The translations under genes were made by a program, and so were the position numbers. The notes under the pieces were generated by a model. It was given only the letters and a program-made list of their open reading frames with translations, was not told the DNA's origin and searched no databases. A stretch of DNA of 64,000 nt, taken from assembly GCF_038025025.1 (NCBI RefSeq), contig NW_027117338.1, forward strand, positions 2,852,001 to 2,916,000, given 5' to 3'. Positions 46,246 through 58,343 of this stretch are shown here, piece by piece (within the stretch, counting starts at the first letter, position 1; each line of letters starts with the position of its first letter). Origin of the DNA: Phyllosticta citribraziliensis. Lineage: Eukaryota.

Positions 46246-49200
46246 ATGTCCAAACGCGGCGCTGATATACAGTTGTCCAAGGATGGTGGATTTCAAGGAG
46301 ACGGCGCAAATCAACAGACAGCGGATGAGAAGCCCCAGCGGGCCACGGCAGCGCAGTTGGCGAACAGAAAGTTAGTTGCCGTTTCCTTGTCTGACAGGCA
46401 GGGGTCTCGACGTCACCGCACTTTTGTGGTCTTGTCGTCGAACCAGCCTGTTGACATCTGAAATGCTATGATTGACTGACACATGATAGACTCAAGCCTT
46501 TGAAAGGCCGCACAAGGCCGGCTGGTTCTGTAGGTTCAGCCTCTCGCTACAGCGCCTCTCTTGCTGACCACCCTCTCTCAGACGTCTAGCAGTTTTCCCG
46601 GCGCATCCCAACCAGCTCCAGGTGGTGTAGGAAGCAATCCCTTCTCTAGCTCTGCCTTCACTCCTGCACCTGCACCTGCACCTGCACCTGCGAACAACGG
46701 ATTCAGCTTCAGCTTCGGCGGCCCGCCCTCTACTGCGTTCAATGCCCCTGCAAACGACGCAATGGACACTTCTGTGTCGCCTCAAAAACAACCCCCGCCT
46801 GCATCCAACAATCTCTTTGCGCAGTCGGCTTCAAGTGCCATGCCCTCATCTGGCTCCAACCTCTTTGCATCCTTCAGCAAACCAGACTCGGGGAACATGT
46901 TCAGCCAATCAACTTCTAGCAGCAACCCGTTCCAATTTGGTGCCACCACGTCCACTGCACCTCCAGCAAGTTCAAGTTCTCAGCCTGCGCAAAATCTCTT
47001 TGCTTCTGCAACACAGAATAACCAGGCAAGCTCGACACCTCAATCCTCTTCATCGCCGTTCAATTTTGGAGGCTTTTCGCAGGGTCAGAACAAGACAACT
47101 CCAGAGCCTGCCAACAATGCGCCTCCTCAATCTACTTTCAACTTCAATTTTGGTGCAAACACAGCCAGTGCATCTCAACCCGCGCCTGCTTTCTCCTTTG
47201 GGGCTCCGGCTCCGGCGAAGGATGCTCAGGAAGCCTCCAGCGCGCTTACGACTTCATCTGCACCTAGCACTTCTCAGCCAGCCCCAGCATTTTCGTTCAA
47301 CGCGCCTAGCACGACCAAGGACACTCCAGCTCCACTGGAAGCCCCCAAACCCTTCTCTTCAAGCACATCCTCGCAGCCTACGAGCGCCTTTACATTCGGT
47401 GCCACCAACGCGTCCAAAGATAGCGCCCCTAGCAGCTCCCCATTCTCTTTTGGAGCTCCATCCTCTTCGAAGCCGGCAGCCTCATCCGCGGCCGACCAGC
47501 CCAGCAGCAGTATCTCTCAACAAGCAAGCAGCTCAAACTTGTTCGCCGCCAAGCCCAACTTTCCCCCGTCCTCGCAAAAAAGCGGCAGCGACTCGAACGC
47601 GACTTCGAGTGCACCGTCGAATCCATTCACCTTTGCGACGAGCACCTCGACAGGATCGGCAACCGCGTTCTCGCCCGCAACTCCAGCCAAGACCACTCAG
47701 CCAACACCCTCCTTGTTTGGGTCTACGACGCCTGCACCATCGTTTACTCCGACGAAGGAACCGGACGCTCAGCAAGAAATCGGGAACAATGACAAGGCTG
47801 CGAGCAAAATCTCTACATCAGGCTCAAATTTATTCAAGCCCTCTGCTTCCACAACTGGCACTTCCACGGCGAGCAACTTGTTCGGAAGCATGACCCCTAA
47901 GCCGTCTGGTGGAGCAAACAACCTCTTTTCTTCCCCGAAGCCGGAAAACACCCCTGCCCAGTCCAACATGGAGAAAAGTGTATCCACGGCGAACCCTAGC
48001 AAGTCAGCGTTTGGACAATCCAGTAGCGGCAACATCTTTGCGGCCGCTGCGGCATCTAAGCCTTCAAACGAGCAATCCGAAGCTCCGGTGGTCAAACCTG
48101 TTCAGCTTGCTCAGCCTGCGCCTTCAAATGGCTCTGGCGAACATGGATCTTCTCCAACTTTCTCAAACAAATGGGAAGCAGACGTGTATAAGGACCCTGA
48201 GGAAGCATGGATCGAATTGAATCGATGGTGGAAGAACATGGTTGCAGAAGCGGACATTGGGCACGACTACTGGCGTCTCTGCGACTTCTACTTGGAGCAG
48301 CGTCTGAAAGTTCGGAAGCGCTTGGGTATCGCGAGGAGTGACGATCTGTTGGAGCCGGGTGATTACCCTATTAAGAGTCACTCGCATGAAAAGCCTCGAC
48401 AGAATGGGAGCGCTGCGGCTACTTCGCCAAAGAAACAACAGCAGGCTGCCATTCAGGACACGCCTCCTGCGGGTGCTGCTGGTTCCCAGACGGCAAACAT
48501 TTTCAGCAGCATCGTCAACAAGTCCTCGCAGTCTTCACCGCAAACCGCAGCGAATGGCTCTCAGTCGCCCGCGGCTGGTGCCTCGACCTCGAATGCGTTT
48601 GGTGCCTCGACCTCGAGTGCGTTTGGCGCCTCTACCTCCAAGACTCCTGTGAAAGCGGCGGCCCCCTTGGGCGACTCAACTTCGACAACCCCAGCTGGCA
48701 GTCCTGTGAAGCGAGATCTCTTTTCAGCGCAGACGCCATCCAAGTCTGGTCCGTCGGGCCAGCTCGGCAACACTGAAACTCCCAAGTTGTTTGATACAGG
48801 AGTTGCGAAGAGGAAATCTGGGGCCATCTCTGCTGATGATGCAGGCGACGTCACCCAGGAAAGCGCGCAGGAAAAGCGACAAAAGACAGATACGAATGGC
48901 GGGCTTCAGCCCCCTAGCTCGGGATTGTTTGGTGCTCCGTCACGCTCTCCAACTCCCGGTTCATCCGCGAACAACGGTTCTGTGCTGAACAGCGGAGCAG
49001 CCTCGCCAAACCCGAACAACCCCTTCAGCCATTTGTCCCAAGACGAAAGCACGGGCAGGGATGACGACGATGACGAAGACGAGGATGGCGAAGATGACGA
49101 TGAAGAAGCGGGTAGCAGCACTCCGACTCAGGAGCCCAAGACCGGTGCCGGTTTGTTCGGACGCATCACCAAGGACGACAGTGGCAAGTCAGTGTTTGGA

Positions 49201-49983
49201 ACGCCACCTGCGAAGAATGAAGCTGCGGGTACCAACATTTTCGGCTTTGCGCAGACTGGTCCTGTTAACAAGACCTGGAGTGGTGATTCTGAATCCCCTA
49301 TCAAGTTCAGCACCCCCCAGCCGGCTTCGTCGGCCACCGATGCCAAGCCATTCAACCCATTTGCAAGTTTGACAAAGACCACTGCCGCTCCATCCTCCGG
49401 AAGCGCATCCACACCATTCAAATTCAACCCTACTCCTGCCACGACCTCGGACAGTGGATCCGTGCTCGGCACCGCCTCGGGGTCACGAGCCGCCACACCC
49501 GGCCTCCCTTCGACTGGAGCCTCGGAAGCGGAAGACGACGAGGCGCCCGCCCCCGTTGATACCGAGTCGATCAAGCTCCGCACAGCCCTCACAGACGAGG
49601 ACAAATCGACCTACGACATCTTGTTCGACACGGACGACAAGGCAGTCTCGACGATGCGCCTCGTCGACAAGACGGAAGAGGAGCTTGCGGCGGACCCCAA
49701 GAAGCAGCCCAAGAAGTGGGTCGTGACGAACAAGGGGCCGCTCCGCGTCCTCAAGCACAAGGAGACGGGCGCCGGGAGCATCCTGCTCAAGGCCGAGCCC
49801 ATGGGCCGCGCCGTCATCAACTCGCGCCTGCAGGCCAACCTCATCTACAAGCGCGCCAAGCCCAAATTCGCCGCGCTGTCGCTGCCGCTCGAGGCCGGCA
49901 AGCTGGTCACCGTCTACGTCAAGTTTGAGGACGACGCTGATTGCACCAAGTTTGTCGACGTGTGCGAGTCGAACAAGTCGTGA
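46246..49983 (+). CDS. NUP2: Nucleoporin Nup2/Nup50-like (N-terminal importin-alpha-binding motif, FG/FxF repeats, C-terminal Ran-binding domain)
   Basis: Exons 46246-46370, 46490-46529, 46582-49983. MSKRGADIQLS...QRATAAQLANRKLK, many FSFG/NLF/NPF repeats, RanBD-like W...GPLRVLKHKETG...GRAVIN. Confidence 0.85.
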
Positions 49984-50846
49984 TTCGGCACCGCCGGCAT
50001 ACAGCATGCATGGAAAGAAAATTGTTGTTTTGTACTCTCGGGTTTCTCATCTAAAAGTTTTGGGGGATGGGATGAGATGGAGGGGGGGCGCCGCGCTCTC
50101 TCTGTCCTTCTCGTCTCTGCGTCACATTCGGTTTCCTATGCCTCCATCCTGGCGTTTTCGGCAAAGAGCAGAGCAGAGCAGAGCGAGCGTTGTTGTTGTC
50201 GTTGTCGTCGTTGACACGCGAAGAGGCTTCTCGCGTTTGGGATTGTCCTTGGCTCTTCCTTCTTGTGTCTACCTTTTTTCCTTTCTTATTGCCCTCCTTG
50301 ATGTTGGTAGGGTAGGCTGGATAGTGTAGGTAGAGAAGCGAGTTGGAAGAGTGGGTCGGTCTCCCAACACACGCCATGCGTCTGGCAACAGTCTCTGTCT
50401 TTTGTTTATGAGAGACGTTGGTCGTGGACTGACTGACGCCTGCGTGTCGTGATTTCCCCCACTGCACCAACCGCACCAGCTGTCGACTTGATCGTTTTGG
50501 GCTTGGTGCGTGGCGACTGAGCGAGTGAGCGAGTGAGAGCGAATGAGCGTATTTGGAGAGTTTGAGAGAAAGCGAGAGGAGAGGGGGCCAGACTGCGTTC
50601 CCGGTAAGGCAGCGAGCTGGTCTAATACAAACACTTCATCATATATATGTAGTATTGGAGCGTGGAGACCACACCAAGCACCCAAGGAAAAACAAAAGTC
50701 GAATTCACGGGTGGACGGAAGGTGGTTTAAACCCGGAAGATTCTTGAATACTTTCAATTGCGTCGCTCGCTTGCTGTGGCTATAACAATCGTCGCGTATT
50801 CTTTGAGCATCGTAGCTGGCTGGCTAAACACGACCTATGAACCTCC

Positions 50847-51209
50847 TGCTATACAGCAAGCAACCAACCAGGCCAGCCAGCGGCCAACCTACCAACGCAA
50901 CGCAACGCAAGCTCCGCCGCCCCTCGACACTCACGACGCAGGCCAGACTCAGCGTCACTCACTCACCACCCCCCACCTACCCGTCCAGCCACGGGTTAAG
51001 TGGTAGCAATACTCCTCCTTCCTGAGAACGAGTATTGCTACCACCTAACGCGTGAATGGACGGACAGTGCATGAGGTGCTGAGTGATGCTGTGCGTGTGT
51101 AGGGCTTAGTGGTGTATGTCGGGGGACGGCGGAGCTGGCGTCTGTCGGTGGGTGGGAGGGGCGGGCGCGTTGGGTATTTATGTGGTCATCTGGTTGAGTG
51201 GTTATAGTA
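50847..51209. repeat. Long imperfect inverted repeat (fold-back), candidate hairpin ncRNA
   Basis: 51000-51014 is the exact reverse complement of 51030-51044. Nested complementary blocks extend outward (see findings). Confidence 0.85.
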
Positions 51210-51374
51210 GCTTGTGCCCAGGTGGACTGCTGCTCGCTCGCTCGCCTCACTTTTTCGCCGTGGAATACTATCTCCGCTGCTACCACCCTCGACCAAGGCT
51301 GTGGTTGTGGTTGTGGCTGGCTGGCTGGCTGGCTGGCTGGCCAGATAAACAGACCTGGTGGATGATGTATGGAT

Positions 51375-51407
<33 letters not shown>
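51375..51407. repeat. (GCG)11 microsatellite
   Basis: Read directly from the sequence. Confidence 0.95.
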
Positions 51408-51634
51408 TTCTTAGTGCCAGCCAGCCAGCCCACGCCCAACGCCCCAACGCCCCAAGAAATTTCCTGATACGGTTTCAGAATTCTGTTGGAAGGTTGCGGG
51501 TGCTACATGCTGCCGGTGGCTGCTGGTGTTTTGAAGATCGACGTGCGCGCGCGCGCGCGCACGAAGCTTGACCTTGCTCTAGCAGTTCGCACTGTCCTGC
51601 CCTGCCCTGCCCTGCCCTGTCCTGTCTCGTCGGT

Positions 51635-51667
<33 letters not shown>

Positions 51668-53731
51668 CAGCTGCTGCACTGCGTCCTCGATTGGCTGCTC
51701 GGATTAGATGATGGAGAAACTGAGAGACTGAGAAAATGAGAAACCGCAGCGAGCAAGCAAGTCCCATTTGCAGGCGATGACCCAGATCAGAACCATACCT
51801 CCATGTCCCTTGCCATCCATGGTACCAGGCTCCTGATGCGGTGCGTGAGGTGTGCCGTGCTGCGCAATCCACATCCGCGTGGACAAGGCACCAGGCAGGG
51901 CAGGTGGGCGAAGTCGCACGCGCGTCGTCCCTCCCGTCTTGTCTTACATGGTACACGTCAGGTACGCGGGGCATCCGTACTCGCCTTTCCTTTCTGTGTT
52001 GTCTGCTCGCTCGCTCGCTTGCTGATGTAGGTCTCTTGTACCTATTTCCAGGCAGAATGTCTAAACGCGCGACAAAGGCACGCTGAGGCGGTGCTATGAT
52101 GTGCCGGACATGCCGGCCGGCCAGCAAAGGCAACGTGAGGCGTGAGCGCAACCAGCCCCAACCTACATAAGTAGACAGACAGTACGCAGCGTACGCACCG
52201 CAAGGCGAGGCGCGCATGCCAGCGGCCGTTTCCCGCACCGCAGCCAAGCAGCGACCATGCGATATGACGCGACGCGTCAGGGCGACAGACGGGCAAGCGG
52301 CGCAGTTCCACGCGCGACGGGCTGGGGTAAGAAGCGAGGTGAAGTGAGGAAGAAGAGGAGGCGGAGGCGGAGGACGGGAGGACCGAGGTCAAGACGAGGC
52401 GAGGTGAGGCGAGGTGAGGCGCATGATACAGGCAACCGACCACAGCCACTCATGGTATCATCGAATTCATCTGATCTGATATGCGGCCACGATATGCCTG
52501 GGGTGTCTTCATAGCGCGCTGCTTTCTTTCTCTTCTGCTCACTCGCTTGCTTCTTCAGCGCATGAGACCTCGAATTCCTCGTGCAGTTGCCTGGATGGGT
52601 GTGCCCGCCCGCCCGTCTTCTCTCCATCCATCCATCAACTTGCCAAACAAGGCTGACCATCAGCCTCAAGCAGTCTTGAACAAGCGAGGGCTTGGGTGTA
52701 TTTGCGCGAGTCGTCTGGTCTTGGTGTTTACGTTTGCGTGCTTGCTTGACAGTTGTCTCCTACCTGCACGCACCTTACGCGGGGCAGACGCGGTACTGGT
52801 ACCTGAGCAAGTTGGGCAGGAGCAAGACTCTTCCTCCCGTGTGCTTCTGCTTCGCTGTACAATGTTTTTCCAACCCAACCAACACCAACGCCGAATACGC
52901 ACAATGTAAACAAACACCCTTGAAGCCTCGTCTCGGTTAGCTCTTGGATGGAAAGAAAGCGGTGTCAAGTGATGTGAAATTATTTGCTTCCGTTCTCTCT
53001 AGCAGCAAGCAAGCTGCGACTGCCCCGTCACCCACCCCCGTCACCCCTGTGGCAGGCAGGCAGCATCCTCTGATACCATTGCCTCCTCGCTCGCTCTGAA
53101 AATCAAAAAAGCTGAAAAACCCCCTCCCATAAAACAAAACGCCGCGGTCTATGTTGAGGACGCCGTTCAACGATGATGATGATGATGCATGGCCGATGTA
53201 GGGAAAACAACAAGCAAAAAAGAGAAAAGGACTGCTCCTGCTGTCGACGACTGGACGGCTAGGCTTGGTGATACACGTGCGGGCAACGGGCACTATTAGA
53301 AGGTGTGATGATGATGAGGCGCTCCATCGCGGAAGAAAAAAGCAGCACACGAGAACTCTGTCATCCGTCCGGGTATTGTACCACGCGCCATCGGTGGTCA
53401 TCATCTGCTCTGGGAAACCAAAATGTGGAAAGAAAAAAGAATGCCAGCCTCCCCCGTGTTTCTCCATGCCACCCCCGCGCCCGCCGACCCCCTCGGAATT
53501 GGAAACAGTAACAACGCCTTGTAAATGTCGAAAAAAGAGTCATGTTGCGGCAGGTAGATGTGAGAGGCAGGTCGAGGTTAAGAATGTCTTTCTCAAACAG
53601 GCAACTTGGCTGGCCGCTCAGAACGCCCAGAATGTGCTCGGATTAACTCGTGTGGAAATTTCCTGGTATCATAGATTGGCTGGTGGTGATGTGGTGTGGT
53701 GTGGTGTGGGCCGTGAAAAAATTTCCCCTCG

Positions 53732-54541
53732 TCATGCCGACGCCGATGGCGGGGCGGGCGGGTGGTTTTGGTGATAGATGGTCGGTAATGAAAATTGGGA
53801 GACTTGGGCGCCGCTGCTAGCTGCGTAGTCGGTCCTCTCCAAGTACTTTTCCCAGTCGGCATCCATCATGACGTTGGGGGCACCCTGCTCGCGGCGTGCG
53901 GCAGCCTCGATGAGGCGTTGGTTGAGAGGAATGCCGATGCTTTCGATTTCCTCGTCGCTGTCGTCTTCCATGTCTTCGTCTTCAGCCTCGGTGGCCTGTT
54001 GCTGTTGTTGTGCGAGCAGTGCTGCCTGTTGCTGCGCAATCCGCCCTGCCGGTGCCGTGTCGCGGTTGTTCCGTACGTCCTCGATTTCAACCTCGATGTC
54101 CGTCTTGACCTTGATTTCCGAATTCTTGCGGGCGTTGCGCCTGGGCTGGCCCTGCCACGGACCAATTTCGTTGCCGGTGGTGTCGAGCACCTTGATGCCC
54201 TCGTCCCGCTCGTAGCGTTGCCTTGCCCATAGCGTGCCTTCCCAGCGACACAGGCTTGCAATCTCCGACTCGGTCAGACGCAAGTCGTCAAAGGCCCTGA
54301 AGAGACGGGCATGGTGAGGAAAGCGAGCCAGGCGTTTGCGGTGGGGACCGTGGGAGTAGTTGAGGCCGGGATAGCGTGCCTCGATTGTGTCTAGGGAACC
54401 GTAGAATGTGGCCGTCTCGATGCGAACCTCGCCGACGAGATTTTTGGAGAGATGGGCCGAGAAGGAGGAAGGGTCCTCTGGCCGTGGGTGAGGGAAGAGG
54501 TGGTGGTAGACCAGGACTGATATGGGTTGTTTTCTGTGCAT
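53732..54541 (-). CDS. Hypothetical protein with globular-looking N-terminal domain and Gln/acidic tail
   Basis: 269-aa ORF with good start context. Aromatic-rich N-half (YHHLFP, FYG, EARYPGLNY, WEGTLWARQRYE). No family recognised; the 3' end could be spliced. Confidence 0.75.
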   Translation of the reverse strand: MHRKQPISVLVYHHLFPHPRPEDPSSFSAHLSKNLVGEVRIETATFYGSLDTIEARYPGLNYSHGPHRKRLARFPHHARLFRAFDDLRLTESEIASLCRWEGTLWARQRYERDEGIKVLDTTGNEIGPWQGQPRRNARKNSEIKVKTDIEVEIEDVRNNRDTAPAGRIAQQQAALLAQQQQQATEAEDEDMEDDSDEEIESIGIPLNQRLIEAAARREQGAPNVMMDADWEKYLERTDYAASSGAQVSQFSLPTIYHQNHPPAPPSASA

Positions 54542-55386
54542 GATGGCGAGGGTGGAAGCAGAGAGCAGAGAGCAGAGTGAAGGGGAGAGGACAGGAGGCG
54601 GAGAGTAGAGGAGGAAGAGGGCGAGGAGTCGGAAGAGGAGAGAGTCGGAGTAGAGTGGTGGCGGCAGAATGGGAAGAAGGTTCCGGCGGAGGAGTCGGTG
54701 TGGCGGCGCAGCGCGTGAGGCAGGCGCGGGAACGGTGTATATAATGTAGCAGGAAGAAGCTCGGGGCGGAAATTACAGGAAGAGCAGTAGCGAATGGGGG
54801 GTTGGGCGAAAGGAGGTCATGTCGAAGCGTCCAGCGCACACGATTGCGGTGAGGATGATGCTGGCCGACTCACCTGTCGCCCCGTCAGCAAGCCACCGCC
54901 CGGCCTTGCTGCGACATGCGACATGGCAACCAGCGCACCGCCGTGATTCGGTCCGCCGCATGAACCGCCCGCCAGACGCCAGCGGCAGAAGACGCAATCT
55001 CCCCTCAAGGACTCCAGGCCAGGCCGCATGGAGTAAGGAAGAGGAACGAAAATGGAAAATGCAGCGATGGGCAGAGGGCGGTCTGGTCTGGTTGGTTTGG
55101 ACGGCTCGGATGGGACTGGAGTGTTTGGAACTGGAGTAGGGAGGACTACCGCCGCACCGTACTGTACTCAGGTCTCGGCGGCAGAGGCAGAGGCAGACGA
55201 CGGCATCGGGCCCGCGCGGCTCCTGTTCGCTGGCGGGTTGCCCGAGTCACGTGCGCCCTCTCAACCCCGTCCACCTCCGCTCCGACCCCGGCCCGTCTCT
55301 GCACCGACCTGGACCACCAACTGGACGGTACCTGGACGCCCGCAGCGGCTGGCGTACCATCAACCACCACCGACAACTCATTCATC

Positions 55387-57744
55387 ATGTCCACCTTCGA
55401 TGGCCTCGTCCACGGTCAGTCTCCCTCTCTCCTTCCTTCGTCCGCGCATCCAACCAACGTTCCCGCTGCGCAGAATTCCCCCACATCGCCATCGACCACT
55501 TTCGGACTTCTGTGCGCCCCAGCCCCCCGCTGGCCTGCTTCTTGAGCCATGTGCACTCTGATCACCTGCACGGCCTCGAGTCTCTGCGCTCGCCCTTTGT
55601 CTACTGCTCACCTGCCACCAGACAAGTATGTCATCATCACCACGAAACACCCTGGTCCCTCTCTCTGCTTTTCCCTGCATCTTTGTCGACTTTCCCCTGT
55701 CGCCCTGCGTTTCGCCACCACTTCATCTGCAGAAAATCTGCGAGCCGAACCTTCGTCATCACCCGCCGCCACAAGCCTTGGCTCGACATGTTTGGGATCC
55801 AGCCCTCCATGACCACTCTCCTCGTCTCACACGCCCCACTCGCATGTCTCAGCGGGCTCGAGCTTGATCACACCTTTGAATGTGAATTAAACCAAGTCCA
55901 ACCGTTGAACAATTGCACTTGCACATCTCCAGCGCTAGCCCAGCATCCACCTGCTGTCGCTGCAACCATGTCTACTCACCTTGCAGCAGATTCTACTCCG
56001 TCTGGTCAAGTATCCCCATCGCATCAACTTTGCCCGAGGTATCCTCGAGACGCGCCAGCAGACATACAAACACTTGAACAAGCTCCTCAAAACCGTTCCT
56101 TTAGAGACGCCCACGGTCATCGAGCTCTCGGCCGGAAATGAGATCCAAGTCACCCTGTTCGACGCCAACCACTGCGTTGGCGCCGTCATGTTTCTCATCC
56201 AAGGTCACGGAAAAGCCATCTTGTACACGGGCGACGTTCGAGCCGAACCTTGGTGGGTTGACTCAATTGTGCAAAATCCAATCTTGATTCCCTACACCCT
56301 GGGCAACAAGCGGCTGGACAAGATTTATCTGGACACGACCTTTGCTGGCACATCATGGATGTACCGAGAATTCCCCACCAAGGCCGACGGTCTGCAGGAA
56401 CTATTGGACAAGGTGTCCAAATACCCGCCGGACACGATATTCCACTTCAAGGCGTGGACGTTTGGGTACGAAAATGTGTGGATAGCACTGGCAGCGCACT
56501 TGGACACGCCGATACATGTCGATGACTACCGCTGGGGCCTATACAAATCGCTCGGGACCATCGACGGTACCCTACCGCAAGCGACCGAAGCCTCGCCCCT
56601 CGTTGGCTTCCACCTGGGCAACCACAAGAGAGACGGCTGTTTGACCCCCGACCCGAACGGCCGCCTCCACAGCTGTGAGCGAGGCGCCGGTTGTCCCACG
56701 GTCGACGCCGCTACCAACGACGACAACGTGGTTGTGCGCATTTTCCCCATCGTCAAGCGGCTGCCCGACGGCGCGGAAGTGGCTGAGCTAGGCCTCGGGG
56801 GCGGAAAAGGCGACCTGGACCTGGCCCACGAGCTGGAAGCCCCTGACGACCCGTCTATTTTGGGCCGGTTGAAAGACTTTCTCGCCAGCGAAATGGAAGA
56901 CCATGCTCTCGTGGCCCGGGTGATGGAGAGGTTCAGCAATGCACTGAAGAAGGGTAATGGCTGCCTCCGCCTTGACGCGGGGCTGGACGTTCTCCAGGGC
57001 GAGACGTCGCTCGACGGGATGCCGCTGCAGAGGCTGGTCGACATCTTGGCGCGCCTGGCAACCGACGACGAGGAGCAACCGTCAGGGGAGACCAGCGACT
57101 CGACGGCCGCGGCGGTCCAAACCGACCTCCCTCGCGTAATCACCTTTCCATATGCCCGCCACGCCTCGTACCTGGAGCTCTGCGATCTGGTAAAGGCCTT
57201 CAGACCCAAAGATCTCTACCCCTGCACCGTAGACCCCGCGACGTGGTCTTTGCAGGTCAGCATGAGACAATTGTTCGGCCACCTGTGCAGTGCCGACGTG
57301 TTTGCCCACGACGCCTACATGCTCGCTCTGCCAGAGGTGCGCAAGCGCTTGCGCGCAGCCGAGGAGGCGGATCTGGAGACGCAGCGGACGGATGGGAGTC
57401 CATCTGTTGTTCATCGTGACCATGACCCAGATACGGCCATGGCCCTCGACAACGAGAACAATAATGCCGCTAGTCAGCAGCCTGCTCACCACCCCAGCAC
57501 AACAAAACCCTCTTTTCTGACCTCCCAAACCCCCTCACCAACCGCCCAAGCTCACCCGCCATCATCGTCCGCCGCGCCAAGTAGTCTCGCCATCTCTGAG
57601 TTGTCGGAACCCAGCATCAGCGAGTGGGCCGCGCGCGCCGCTCGGCAGCAAGACGGCTTCACGTGGACGGATTTTGGCGGGCTGGTTAGTTCGCGACGGC
57701 GACGACGTGGTGGGGAGGATGGGGAGGGCGAGGAGGAGCTGTGA
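55387..57744 (+). CDS. Artemis/SNM1 (DCLRE1C-like) metallo-beta-lactamase/beta-CASP nuclease
   Basis: Exons 55387-55414, ~55474-55625, 55990-57744 give MSTFDGLVHEFP, FLSHVHSDHLHGL, DANHCVGAVMF, YTGDVR, YLDTTF, TFGYE, PYARHASY. Confidence 0.9.
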
Positions 57745-58343
57745 TGTGTTGGGTTGAGGTTGGGGTTGGGGTTGTGTGTGGGGTGGGGTGGTTGAGAGAG
57801 AGAGGGAAAGGAAGGGAAGGATGGGATATTTTAGGGGGGGATGGGTCAGGTATGAAGGCAGGTGGTTGAGCCGGACAGGACAGGATGATGACCGTAGTTC
57901 CTGAGATAGGTATGTAGATGTACCCTAGATACCCCCCGTAGACGGCATAGTCGACATGATTTCAATACTCTTTTGTTTCTTGCCCGCCGCTGTTGTCATT
58001 TCATTCTCCGTTAATGTTTGCTGGGCAAATCTGCCGTACGTACAGAAGCTAGCCCGTTGTTGAACTCTACCTACGCGTTCATGCGTACTTGGCCAGCAAA
58101 AGATGCCTCTCCCTTCCTTCCTTCCCTTTCATAAACACATGTCCACGTTTGCCTGTCTGTCTGTCTACCTTTGCGCCGGCTCATGATCACGTCCGACTAT
58201 CGAAACGAAATGCTTGGTTTGTTGGGCCATGACCGACTCAGTCCGCCATCATGGCAATAGTGCATGTGTGTGTTTGGGTGGTGTGCCGTGGTTGACAAGC
58301 ACAACGACTATTCATCCCTCCAATCCCTTTTTCTTCTTCGTTT

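Noticed and set aside
45767..46375. 202-aa ORF overlapping the NUP2 start
   Set aside because: Out of frame with NUP2, contains a CAG-repeat-derived poly-Ser and has no domain signal; likely chance.
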